A stretch of 64,000 bases of DNA from a phage, in sequence record PV805633.1; one strand, given 5' to 3'. Shown one piece after another: positions 49,011-58,548 of this stretch; position 1 is the first letter of the stretch; every line of letters begins with the position of its first letter. The notes under the pieces are model-generated. The model ran no database searches. It was not told the DNA's origin and saw only the letters and a program-made list of their open reading frames with translations. The translations under genes and the position numbers were made by a program.

Positions 49011-49511
49011 CTATTCAAAAAGTTTACGGTCAGCCTGAATTTGCTTACCCAACTCAATTAGTTGGTTGTCACGGAGTCTAACAGTTGCCCGGAGTTCTTC
49101 AACCAAACGTCTGCCTTCTTCAAGACTGTTGTCGAGTCTGGCTGCATGGCTTGCAAGACTTCTGCACTCAAGGGTTCCGGCTTCGGCTTGACGTTTATAT
49201 ACCGATGCTCGTCTTTCAGACTGTTGCATCCGGCTGTCGTAATCACTGCTAACGCGAGCAAGCTCGCTTGCGTAATTACTCTCAGCCGTCTGCAACCGGG
49301 AAGTAAGTAACCCGACTTCATAACTATGGTTTCTTTGGAGAGCATTGTATTTGTCCTGTAGTTTTTGTGTTGCCTTCTGGTCTTCAACCTTTTGAGCATC
49401 CCATCTCTTTTGGACAGTAGACTGTCCATTGGAATTGCCCCAAAAGTAAATGGTGGCCCCGAGGACCACCACCAGAAGATAAGGCCAACCTTTAGAGATT
49501 AGCATCTTCAT
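49011..49511 (-). CDS. Rz-like i-spanin (N-terminal TM helix, coiled-coil periplasmic domain)
   Basis: [27 protein letters not shown] followed by a charged coiled-coil region; GGAGG 7 nt before ATG 49511; contains an embedded lipoprotein ORF. Confidence 0.65.
   Translation of the reverse strand: MKMLISKGWPYLLVVVLGATIYFWGNSNGQSTVQKRWDAQKVEDQKATQKLQDKYNALQRNHSYEVGLLTSRLQTAESNYASELARVSSDYDSRMQQSERRASVYKRQAEAGTLECRSLASHAARLDNSLEEGRRLVEELRATVRLRDNQLIELGKQIQADRKLFE
49058..49321 (-). CDS. Rz1-like o-spanin lipoprotein embedded within the Rz gene in another frame
   Basis: Signal peptide with lipobox-like ...[12 protein letters not shown], Pro-rich mature region; wholly inside Rz. Confidence 0.55.
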   Translation of the reverse strand: MKSGYLLPGCRRLRVITQASLLALAVITTAGCNSLKDEHRYINVKPKPEPLSAEVLQAMQPDSTTVLKKADVWLKNSGQLLDSVTTN

Positions 49512-50126
49512 TACATGCCTCCAGTGGTACATTACCGATTCGGTTAGCTACCCAACCATACGTAAAGTCTGGCATGTTCAATGAGGTGTAGTGGTTCAAT
49601 TGTTTAGCATCAAGCAACTTAATCATTACCTGACATGCTGCAACTTTGCCTCGTTTTTTCTGTAATGCTTTATATGCATTAACAGTACCTGCACCGACTT
49701 TACCATCAACTTGTATTTTAGGGTAGTCTTTGCCATCACGGGACATTTCATTAAGGGATTGCTGCAACCACTTAGCTGGTCTGGTTACACCGGTATTAAC
49801 ACCAGCATCAACCAGTTTGTGTGTTACAGCAGGAGATATATCAGCGAAGGCTACGAAGTTAGGCTTAATAACGTAGTCATCAATGTATATCTCAGCAGCC
49901 ATTTCTTTCGATAAACCCTTCATGGAACCATCCCAACCATACTCAGTAGCCAGAACTTCTTTGTGAGACTTAGCTACTGATTGGGTAATACCATGATTGG
50001 TTTCCCCACCTGGGTCACGAGGATTGTTTACGTACCCCCTTCCATATAGAACACTGCCCCCAGAATAGCAGCGATAACTCCTCCCACCGCACCCCCTTTT
50101 GCAGCAAGTTTCTGTTTAGCTTTCAT
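49492..50126 (-). CDS. GH108 N-acetylmuramidase endolysin with PG-binding domain and N-terminal Gly/Ala-rich TM (SAR-like) segment; frame broken at a C5 run (50035-50039)
   Basis: Frame 0 from ATG 50126 encodes MKAKQKLAAKGGAVGGVIAAILGAVFYMEGGT*; the -1 frame continues with the family motif GYVNNPRDPGGETNHGIT and the track ORF 49492-49923; combined length ~210 aa. Confidence 0.65.
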
Positions 50127-50376
50127 GGGAATCTTCCTTTGGATGGAAACGTATTAGTCTGCCCACAATGTTTAAGGCAAACAGTGCGATTGTAATACTG
50201 GAACCATGTGGAATATCTTCAAGGATGTGACGTGGTAGTCCTGTTAGCATTGGTTGGATAATATCTACTGTAGAAAACAGAATTAATCCAAATGCACTAA
50301 TCTGAACAGATGCCCACTTCCAGGACTTCTTCCAGTTAGGAACTAGCCCTATTTTTCTTTTTAGCTTGCGAACCAT
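50116..50376 (-). CDS. holin-like small membrane protein (2 predicted TM)
   Basis: GGGAGA 8 nt upstream of ATG 50376; hydrophobic segments WASVQISAFGLILFSTV and SSITIALFALNIVG; directly upstream of the endolysin. Confidence 0.5.
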   Translation of the reverse strand: MVRKLKRKIGLVPNWKKSWKWASVQISAFGLILFSTVDIIQPMLTGLPRHILEDIPHGSSITIALFALNIVGRLIRFHPKEDSHES

Positions 50377-50693
50377 GCGAATATCTCCCGTCTTGCAGCA
50401 GCCAATACACCAATAATTGCACCTGCCCCAGCCCATACCCACTTACCAAAAATCCCAGCACCTGCAACCTTATGTTTGATGGTGATGAACTCTTCAATGG
50501 TAGGTTCGGACTTAGTGATGCTCTCCTCTACCCGTTTAAGTCGGGTACTGAGGTCACCCATAGACTCGCTTAGCTTTTTAATAGACTCTTCCATTTTCTC
50601 CCTATCCCTCGATTCACGAGTTTGGTTTTCGAAAATGTTTCTCAGTCTCTCTTCAAGTCTGGCTAGAGTTACGTTATCTGGTTCATTTCCCAT
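50361..50693 (-). CDS. lysis-associated membrane protein (coiled-coil N-terminus, C-terminal TM helix)
   Basis: 110 aa; C-terminal GIFGKWVWAGAGAIIGVLAAA; first gene of the lysis cluster. Confidence 0.5.
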   Translation of the reverse strand: MGNEPDNVTLARLEERLRNIFENQTRESRDREKMEESIKKLSESMGDLSTRLKRVEESITKSEPTIEEFITIKHKVAGAGIFGKWVWAGAGAIIGVLAAARREIFAWFAS

Positions 50694-50895
50694 AGGGATT
50701 TTCTCAGGTTAGTTAAGTCGTAATTGACTAAAACAGTCTACCTAATGACTTGTTTTTGGTACAACAAAACCCACCCCCGCAACCTAGTTGGGCTGGTTAA
50801 AGCCTGAAATATGGAACAGCAGTCACCAAAACAACAAAGACCATACTTAGGATTGAGACAACCATATGGGTGGCTATATGCGTATAATATTTTTA

Positions 50896-50919
50896 GGGAG
50901 CAAGTATACACCTGCTCCC
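50896..50919 (-). terminator. terminator-like hairpin between the tailspike gene and the lysis cassette
   Basis: 7-bp stem GGGAGCA/TGCTCCC with 10-nt loop; the + strand AT-rich tract 5' of the stem (50882-50895) is the 3' flank on the minus strand. Confidence 0.35.
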
Positions 50920-50938
50920 CGGAGCTATCTCAGAGCCA

Positions 50939-53479
50939 TCAGAACACAAAATCCAGTTGCATAAGCTGCTTCAACTGAATCTGCACGGTACTATCCTGGG
51001 TTACTTCCGGAACAGTTAAGCCAGAAACACCGATTGCAAAGTCCGCAATGAACCCGGTAGTAGGATTCCTTACTATATCCGCCCCAGTACCCCCAGAACC
51101 TGTACTTGCAAACTGAGTCTGCTTAGAACCAAAAGCATTACCTGTACCTGCAATAACTAGTTGCCATACACCCCTGCCGAGCGTACCTGGAATACTCAAG
51201 CTACCTGAACCAGCAGCACGGAATATCTTGGTATTCTCATAGAACATACACTCTTGCAACGTGCAGGTACTTCTCTGCCCGGTACTCAGTACCTGATTAC
51301 CCTGGAAGCTAAAGTTAGTCTGGTCATTCAGAACGAAGTCGCAGAGCATGGATGCTTGCAACTGCACGTTCATATCCAGAGTGTTGGCATGTGCAATCAG
51401 GGACTTAGGAATGCCTCCAATACGATAACCGGGGGAGCGGTAGTTCAGGTTCAGCGTGTTCAGTTGCTTAATACTGTTACCCACCAGCTTAACGGTTTGC
51501 CCACGATATACTTCAGTTGCGTTGGTGCCGGCGTTAATCATGACACCTTCTGCTTTATTGCTGGCGGTTAAGCACTTAAGCACTACAGTATTATGACTTA
51601 CGTCAATATCCTGGTACACCTGGTATGCGCTATCGCCACCTCCAGTTGATATAGCTACCCCATCAAAAGCTCTAAGCTCGCAATAGTTGTTGTGAATCTT
51701 AACAAAGGGGTTCGGATACGTCGCTGCCGTAGCCTCCCCACCCCCACCTACATCGATGCTGCGGGTGTACCTGCCGCCCGCAAGCGGACCGGTACTGGTA
51801 CTATCCGGAATATCCCTGGAGCGCACATAGTTGTTAGAGATTATGAGGTTATATGGTTCATAGTTTGGGTGCCAGCCTGAACCACATTTAGCGTAGATAC
51901 CGACTACGCCATGCTCCAGGCAGAAGTTATCAGTGATAATTAACTGACCCCCACCGTGAAAATCGATGCATTTTCTACGGCAGTTAAAAACGAAATTGCG
52001 GCTGGCTGTTATGTTGCGTATTCTCCTGTTTCTACCATGTCCGATGCCATAGCCAGGGTCAAAGGATGCATTCAAATCATCAGCACCGTTCGGGTGTCCG
52101 ATGTTGCTAATTACATTATCAAAGTAGCCCATTTTGTAGCCACACAGAACACCTATACCGTTTGAGTAACAGTTGGTTATTGTGTTCTTTGAAATAATAA
52201 TACCTTCTGGAACATCGCTTTCATTTGGGTAGTCCGCCATGTCCGGTGAGGCAATATTTCTTATGCCAATCCCAACACCTGCATAGTTAAAGCCAGATAT
52301 CTTACACCTTTCAACGGTTATATTTTTACAAGCTCTTTGAATCTTAACACCGCAACTCCAGCTGCCAATATACCCGCCAAGAAAAGTACCCCAACTGCTT
52401 TGGTAGCTTCCTGTTGGATTACCCGCACTGTCATAGGATGGGAATTGTCCGGACACCTCATTAAATGCCCCTGTGTTATAACTAGAGGTATCAACTGAGT
52501 TATTTGGTCCCAACACATTAACTCCACCGGCTGTATTGTAGCCAAATCGAGATTCTCCTTTCTCTGCATAACCAGTAGGCGCATCTATAGCAGGGAACTT
52601 GTTAGGGCCACGCACTGTTACAGACACAGTCACGTTCCGGCAATTTACAAGGGCAAGCCCATCCAGTCCGTGCGTATTCACAATTATAGTGCCGTTGGAG
52701 ATACGAATACCTTCCTTATTTACCAGTGCCAGACACGGACTGTAGTTACGTGTACCGTCGCTGAAGTCAGGCTCAGTAGGGTACGTAGAAGCCAGTGCAG
52801 GATTTTTCGAACTAAATACGTCTTCCCGCCTAAATCAATATCTCCAGTGGTGGCGTCGAAACATGCCTGCACTGCCAACGTATCGTCGGCAACGCCATCA
52901 CCAACCGCCCCCCCATCCACGTGGATCGCCATTATCACGCCAGCGAGCCATTTGTAGTTCGGGGTATTTTGTTGCACCTTCAGGGTCTGAAATCTGTCCT
53001 CGTAGTACCGCATCCCCAACACTCACCCAAGCACCCAGACCAACGCCACCAGAAGTTTCGGGGGTTGAATCAGCAGGAACCTCTTTAGGTAATGCTCCAT
53101 CCCAACGGTACTTACCATCAGTGAATACAACCAGTTCATTCTTAGTATTAACTGTTACACCAGTAGCAAATGAACCAGGTAGGGTTACATACTCTTCACG
53201 AGCAACAGCCAGTGCACCTAAGTCCACACTACCAGCAGAATGAACTAATACTCCAGCAGGGCTAAGACTTACAGCAGTAACCCCTGAACCAATATCAGCA
53301 GGTAAGGAATAAGCACGCTGTGACGCTTTGTCATAAATGACTTTGTAACCAGTAAGCAGAGCACCCACTGAGAAGTAAACAACTTCCGATTGTTTAACCC
53401 CAAAGTGACGGGCTACTGCTTGTTTGTTGGTTAATATTCCGGTTGATCCTCTTCCACCTTGTGAGAATAATTCGTTCAT
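50939..53479 (-). CDS. tailspike/tail fibre protein with right-handed beta-helix (pectate-lyase-like) domain; split into three ORFs by two single-base homopolymer frame breaks
   Basis: Pieces 52898-53479, 52720-53022 and 50939-52681; beta-helix entry motif GAVGDGVADDTLAVQA in the middle piece; AAGAGG SD before ATG 53479. Confidence 0.65.
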
Positions 53480-53528
53480 GTAAACCTCTTTGTTTTTCTA
53501 TAAGAAACTGCCCCGAAGGGCAGTCTGT

Positions 53529-56252
53529 TTAGCCAATGGACATACGGGAGTTAGCGAAATCATACGCATCTTGCTTTTTAGCAAACTGCGTTACGAAGTA
53601 GTCGCTGATACGAATTACACACCCGTTCGTTGACTGCAACTTAAGACGGCAAGTTCCTGCTGTTGCCGCCTGTCCTACACCGAAAGTATGCACCCATTCT
53701 CCTGGTGATGTGTATAGCCCCCCAAGAGGTACAGAATCCGCAATAGATGCCGTAACATCACCACTTACCAGTTTAAGACTGCACCCCCATACAATCTGAT
53801 AATACTGCGCTATGTTAGCCACTGGTTCACTCAAGAATAGGGTATATCCGGCAGGTATTACTAACTGAGCGCAAGTATCGCTTAACACACCGTCAGTAAC
53901 CGATGTGGCGTCTACGGTGCTCGTCCCGACAAACGCCCACGGCCCGCTCCCTGAAAAAGATTGTGAGTTTAGTACCGTACCAGTATGTGGGCGCTTTATT
54001 CTTCCGTTCAGCTTTGTACCACGAAGTGACAAATCCAGGTTACTGGCCACAGTGGATGAAACACTCGCCACAGATTCAACGTGAACCTTATCGCCGACGT
54101 AGCCACCTACGATAAGGTCGTGCGCAATAATCTGGCTTCCGTCGTCAACATTGATACTATACACACCAGTCGCGGCATCAAACCTACAGTTTTTTGCCAC
54201 CAGGGTAGAGCTTATCAGCTCAATATTGTTAAAATGGCACCCTTCCGCAACAGTTACCGGAACATTCTCTATTTTTAACTGTCTCGGGGTTTGCGGAACC
54301 CCGTCAACAGTTACTGTGTCTGCGGTGGCTACCAATTCGAACCATACGTTGCTGATAGTGGGCGGTACGACAGGAGCCAATCCATTGCCTTTAAAATAAA
54401 TACCGCCACCAGGGCATGCCTCAATGATACAGTCACGAATTGCTATGCCGTCAAGACCACCACCAGGAGCAGGACCTCCGACAGCGCCATTAAGGTAAAT
54501 GCTGTACGTATTAATTCCTGCAAAATGGCAATCCCTCCATGTATCAGCCCCGACATGCATGCCTGGGTCTGATACCGCCATATGGCCGTAATTACACGCC
54601 AGATAGCTACAGTGTTGGTACGTGTTGCCGATGTTTCCTTTCGGCTTGTAAAATCCAATATCAAGACCGTCAAAGGCAATATCCCTAAAGTTCCATCGGC
54701 CATCAAGATTAGATGATCCAAAAGCTATGCCTGTACCAACAGGGGTGGTTATGTCCCCTTCGATGAGGAAGTTCTGGGCGTGCCGATACTGCCACAGGCG
54801 GGAAGACTCGGTTAGAGTTAAACTTGTTTCCCCGGAGGATGGTTTAAATTTTACCTGATAACCAGTACCAATTATGTTGGCATTTCCCGATGTGTATTGC
54901 CCCGTGTAAGTACCAGGAGTGACCAGGAGATCATCTCGCCATCCAGTTGCATCAATAGCATCCTGTAAGTCTAAGTAATTACCAGAATGTTTAATATCAT
55001 CAAGATTGTCAGCAACAGTTCTCGTCCCATGACCAACGGATGCAGAACCAGTTGTCTGTGAATAGAAGTCCTTAACTTCAGCGATAATACTTTCCTTGGG
55101 AACATCCAATGGTAGTAGGTCAACTGTTACGTTACCGGGGGAATACGTTAACTGACCCTCACTAACAGATGCAATGTAAACGTTATTAGGTAAAGTAGGT
55201 AAGACATAGATGTGTTGGTTAACCACATCATAAATAACCTTCATTCCATTCAGATACTGAGTAGTATTAGTACTCAGTATAACTTCATTCTCCTGCACAT
55301 TAGCAGAACGAGCTACTTCCTGAATGGTACGGTCAGACATAACCAGGGTAGTAGACTCACCACCAATAGTTACAATCAAACGATCGTTGGTAGCCAGAGG
55401 CTCTGTTAAAAGGATACGCTGGTTAGCTGCATCGACTGTATAGGACTTATCAGCCAAACCTGCATAGTAGCGTTCGCCATTCTTGTAGATGGCTGGTACA
55501 GATTCAAACGTATACGGAACAGCAATTACTTGCTCACCACCCGAAGCATACCCACCGTTGTATAGCCAGTTAATCTGAACCCAGTCATTTACGTTAGGGT
55601 TATCTGGAACAGCAGGAGTACCGGTAAGGAACAGATGTACTTCATCACCTGGTTCCAATGGTTGAGCCAGAGTAACAGTTAGTGAAGCTGCATCATAGGT
55701 AAAACCATAACCAACTAAGTTGGTGTAGCCCCCAATTACAATCATCGGTACACCAACAGTGCCAGCAGGCACTGGGATAGTGGTTTCACCCCCAATAGCA
55801 GAACCATTGTTATATGAATATGGGATGTATGGTGGAGATGCTTTACCATCACCAGAATCTCCACCATCATCTGAATTAGAAGTGGCAACCAAAATCCAGG
55901 AACCAGTAGCAGACTGGTCATCCGGAATAACACCTGTACGGTCACCATCTACATACAGGTAATCTGTAACAACTCGTTTATTGGTATTATCAAAACCATA
56001 CAGACGTACATAGGATGCACTGGTAGGCATGGCCTTCAGTTCAGTTTCTGATTGAACACCTAGTACCATTCCATATTTATTTAAGAAATCATAAATGAGT
56101 TTAAGGTTACCCAAGTTACAGTAAACAGTGCGAACCACATGGTAAGCATTACCAAGTAGTGCATCTACCATTGGGTCGTTGGATCTATTCTGGCAGTAAG
56201 GATTAGACCAATCCTGATTTGCATCGAAGGGGGTATGTGCGTTCATCGCCAT
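53529..56252 (-). CDS. second receptor-binding/tail protein (907 aa) with beta-helix-like repeats
   Basis: Large ORF; Gly/Asn-rich repetitive segments such as ...IAIRDCIIEACPGGGIYFKGNG typical of beta-helix adhesins. Confidence 0.6.
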   Translation of the reverse strand: MAMNAHTPFDANQDWSNPYCQNRSNDPMVDALLGNAYHVVRTVYCNLGNLKLIYDFLNKYGMVLGVQSETELKAMPTSASYVRLYGFDNTNKRVVTDYLYVDGDRTGVIPDDQSATGSWILVATSNSDDGGDSGDGKASPPYIPYSYNNGSAIGGETTIPVPAGTVGVPMIVIGGYTNLVGYGFTYDAASLTVTLAQPLEPGDEVHLFLTGTPAVPDNPNVNDWVQINWLYNGGYASGGEQVIAVPYTFESVPAIYKNGERYYAGLADKSYTVDAANQRILLTEPLATNDRLIVTIGGESTTLVMSDRTIQEVARSANVQENEVILSTNTTQYLNGMKVIYDVVNQHIYVLPTLPNNVYIASVSEGQLTYSPGNVTVDLLPLDVPKESIIAEVKDFYSQTTGSASVGHGTRTVADNLDDIKHSGNYLDLQDAIDATGWRDDLLVTPGTYTGQYTSGNANIIGTGYQVKFKPSSGETSLTLTESSRLWQYRHAQNFLIEGDITTPVGTGIAFGSSNLDGRWNFRDIAFDGLDIGFYKPKGNIGNTYQHCSYLACNYGHMAVSDPGMHVGADTWRDCHFAGINTYSIYLNGAVGGPAPGGGLDGIAIRDCIIEACPGGGIYFKGNGLAPVVPPTISNVWFELVATADTVTVDGVPQTPRQLKIENVPVTVAEGCHFNNIELISSTLVAKNCRFDAATGVYSINVDDGSQIIAHDLIVGGYVGDKVHVESVASVSSTVASNLDLSLRGTKLNGRIKRPHTGTVLNSQSFSGSGPWAFVGTSTVDATSVTDGVLSDTCAQLVIPAGYTLFLSEPVANIAQYYQIVWGCSLKLVSGDVTASIADSVPLGGLYTSPGEWVHTFGVGQAATAGTCRLKLQSTNGCVIRISDYFVTQFAKKQDAYDFANSRMSIG

Positions 56253-56674
56253 CCTCGTTGTTCAAATTTAGTTTCGGTAATTGAAATACTTCCATTAGCC
56301 AGGTCGTAATCAACAACCTCACCACAGATGCTTTCATACGTTTGCAGATACTCTGCTGCTTTAGCGTTAGCTTCAGGAGTATTCAAACCAGTGTGGTAAC
56401 GATAACCCACCCAGTTATGAAGTGCCGTCATTAGCGTGTCAGCTAAATCAACTTCCTGTTCTTCATCACCCGTAAGTACTGGGTGCTTAGCTTGATACGT
56501 TACGTTAAGTGCCTCGAAGTGTCGAGGTCTCATACACTGAATAGTATCAGGCCGTGGAGTGAAAATAGCACGAGGGTCTGAGTCGTCGTTCAGTCTACGT
56601 CGATTCCCAGAGTTATCAAACACATTTAGGATTTTAATAACATCATCCTGGAAAGGCTTCATGAACCCATCCAT
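56243..56674 (-). CDS. virion/tail-associated protein (143 aa); start uncertain
   Basis: ORF track; overlaps upstream 97-aa ORF by 16 nt; no SD close to the ATG. Confidence 0.45.
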   Translation of the reverse strand: MDGFMKPFQDDVIKILNVFDNSGNRRRLNDDSDPRAIFTPRPDTIQCMRPRHFEALNVTYQAKHPVLTGDEEQEVDLADTLMTALHNWVGYRYHTGLNTPEANAKAAEYLQTYESICGEVVDYDLANGSISITETKFEQRGWR

Positions 56675-56952
56675 GATATAAGGATATTGAACCTCAAGAG
56701 TAGGCTGAGTAAATTTGAGTAAGCATATTTGGATTGAAGAGGATAATCAGTACGTCCTTCCTTCATCTCTACAATGCAGCTATTTGTCTTAAGGGGGAAA
56801 CGACTATGAAGTCGTACCAGTCCTTCATTAATAGCTGCCAGTATCTCCGGCTTACTATCTGGTTCAATATCCAGTCTGTCATCCGTGACTGCACCAGTAC
56901 CTTTTAAGGTACTTAGTGCCAAGCCACGGTATACTTCCGATAGTTTCTGCAT
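56659..56952 (-). CDS. hypothetical protein (97 aa); C-terminal ~20 residues look out-of-frame
   Basis: ORF track; may form one gene with the 143-aa ORF. Confidence 0.4.
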   Translation of the reverse strand: MQKLSEVYRGLALSTLKGTGAVTDDRLDIEPDSKPEILAAINEGLVRLHSRFPLKTNSCIVEMKEGRTDYPLQSKYAYSNLLSLLLRFNILISWMGS

Positions 56953-56958
56953 GGTTCC

Positions 56959-58548
56959 TCACACAATGTATGAACGTAGTGGGTTAACACTATCTTCTTC
57001 TTCCTCATCCCACATCGGGTCACCCTTGTTATCCACCAAAGTCATACCTGCTTGTGGTTTCCAAGGATTGAGATAACCCAGCATGGAGATAGTATCAATA
57101 CAGTCATCCTTGCCTTTTATTCCATTAATGGTAGCTAGTTTAATCTGGCCCATGAACAGACCCATAATAGTTGTATCTCTCAACTCTTCCGGGAAGTACA
57201 TCTTACCAGCTTTGAACCATGGAACTACCAGGTTAAAACGTGACAGTTTAGAGGTTACAGGACGAATGCCAGGCTTACCACCCTCAGAGGATGCAAAGTT
57301 AAAGAAGACATTACGGTTAATCATTTCTTTCTGAAGGAGCGATATGAATCCACCTTGTTGTCCTGTAATTTCGACCCCAACATTTTGTGGCTGGTATTCT
57401 TGAACCAGACGGAACAGGTCGTCGAAGTTCTTATCCATAAGCTGGCGATTAGCCACACCATCAACCCAGAACCAATCCCCATTAGAACTATAGGCCCAAA
57501 CTGATATGACACTATAGTCACTGGTCTGTTTCTCCGAAGTAGCAAAGTCAGTTGTAATGTAATAGTTATAGCAAGACTTCATCCTTAACAGATGTTGCCT
57601 GCTGTACCATTTAATCTCACTATCCTGAACAAGACGTTCATCTTCAGAACTAATACGAAGCATAAGTTCCTGGTAGAAGCCAGCCAGCTTACCAGTCTTA
57701 ACTGCCATGTCGTATTGGGCTTTGATGTAGTCATACGAGAAACGGTCATCCCATGCACCCTGAAACTCTTCCCTACTGCATGGAAACTTCTCACACACAG
57801 GCCATACGTTGACATCCCATGCACCGGACTCAACTGCTTCAATGATAATATCTTCCTTATTAAAGGGAGTACCATTGAAGATTACCTTACGGCGTGTCGG
57901 GTCAAGAGCATGGTTTACGCCTTTATAGACGGTATCCTTGATGGCTTCCATGCTTGTCTTAGAGTTAGCATCACCATCACTAATCAGGTCATCCAGTACG
58001 CAAAGTGTTGGACGCTTACCATATATCTTCGTACCACGAAGACCTGTCTTAGCACCAAACAACTTAACACCCAGTCGATGACCTTCTGCATTACGGAATT
58101 CTAATAGGTTATCCGTAAAGATAGCTTCAGGTATCCACTGTTGGAGGAACTCACTATTCTTATATCGGAACTCAATGTTCTTACGTGCGGACTTAGCACC
58201 GTTATCCATTGAGTCGGATACGTAGATCATTCCTTCTACCTTACCTAAACTTGGTAAGTGTCCAAACACTGCCAAGAACAAAGTAAAGTATTCCATGAAC
58301 ACAGCAGTCTTACCTGCACCACGGAAGCACAGGTTAACTACATACTGGTTCGGGGTAATCATCTTATCCAACATCTTCAGGTGAACTGGGGGTGTTTTGT
58401 TTGATTCACCTTCTTTACCATTAACCAACTTAATAAAGTTGGCAAAGGTAAGAGCAAACTGACTAGGAACATAGTTAGAAGAATTAAGGTGGGAGTAGTC
58501 CACCTGGTCTAGCCATTCATCTAGTTCCTGCTTAATTAACTCAGACAT
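56959..58548 (-). CDS. terL: terminase large subunit
   Basis: Walker A RGAGKTAV near the N-terminus; ~529 aa; GAGGA SD before ATG 58548 whose start overlaps the upstream stop (ATGTCTGA); track ORF begins at upstream GTG 58569. Confidence 0.8.
   Translation of the reverse strand: MSELIKQELDEWLDQVDYSHLNSSNYVPSQFALTFANFIKLVNGKEGESNKTPPVHLKMLDKMITPNQYVVNLCFRGAGKTAVFMEYFTLFLAVFGHLPSLGKVEGMIYVSDSMDNGAKSARKNIEFRYKNSEFLQQWIPEAIFTDNLLEFRNAEGHRLGVKLFGAKTGLRGTKIYGKRPTLCVLDDLISDGDANSKTSMEAIKDTVYKGVNHALDPTRRKVIFNGTPFNKEDIIIEAVESGAWDVNVWPVCEKFPCSREEFQGAWDDRFSYDYIKAQYDMAVKTGKLAGFYQELMLRISSEDERLVQDSEIKWYSRQHLLRMKSCYNYYITTDFATSEKQTSDYSVISVWAYSSNGDWFWVDGVANRQLMDKNFDDLFRLVQEYQPQNVGVEITGQQGGFISLLQKEMINRNVFFNFASSEGGKPGIRPVTSKLSRFNLVVPWFKAGKMYFPEELRDTTIMGLFMGQIKLATINGIKGKDDCIDTISMLGYLNPWKPQAGMTLVDNKGDPMWDEEEEDSVNPLRSYIV

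Noticed and set aside
50028-50040. Programmed -1 ribosomal frameshift in the endolysin gene
   Set aside because: The junction (A-AGG-GGG-U) is not a canonical X_XXY_YYZ slippery heptamer and three other genes show similar homopolymer breaks, so an assembly indel is more parsimonious.
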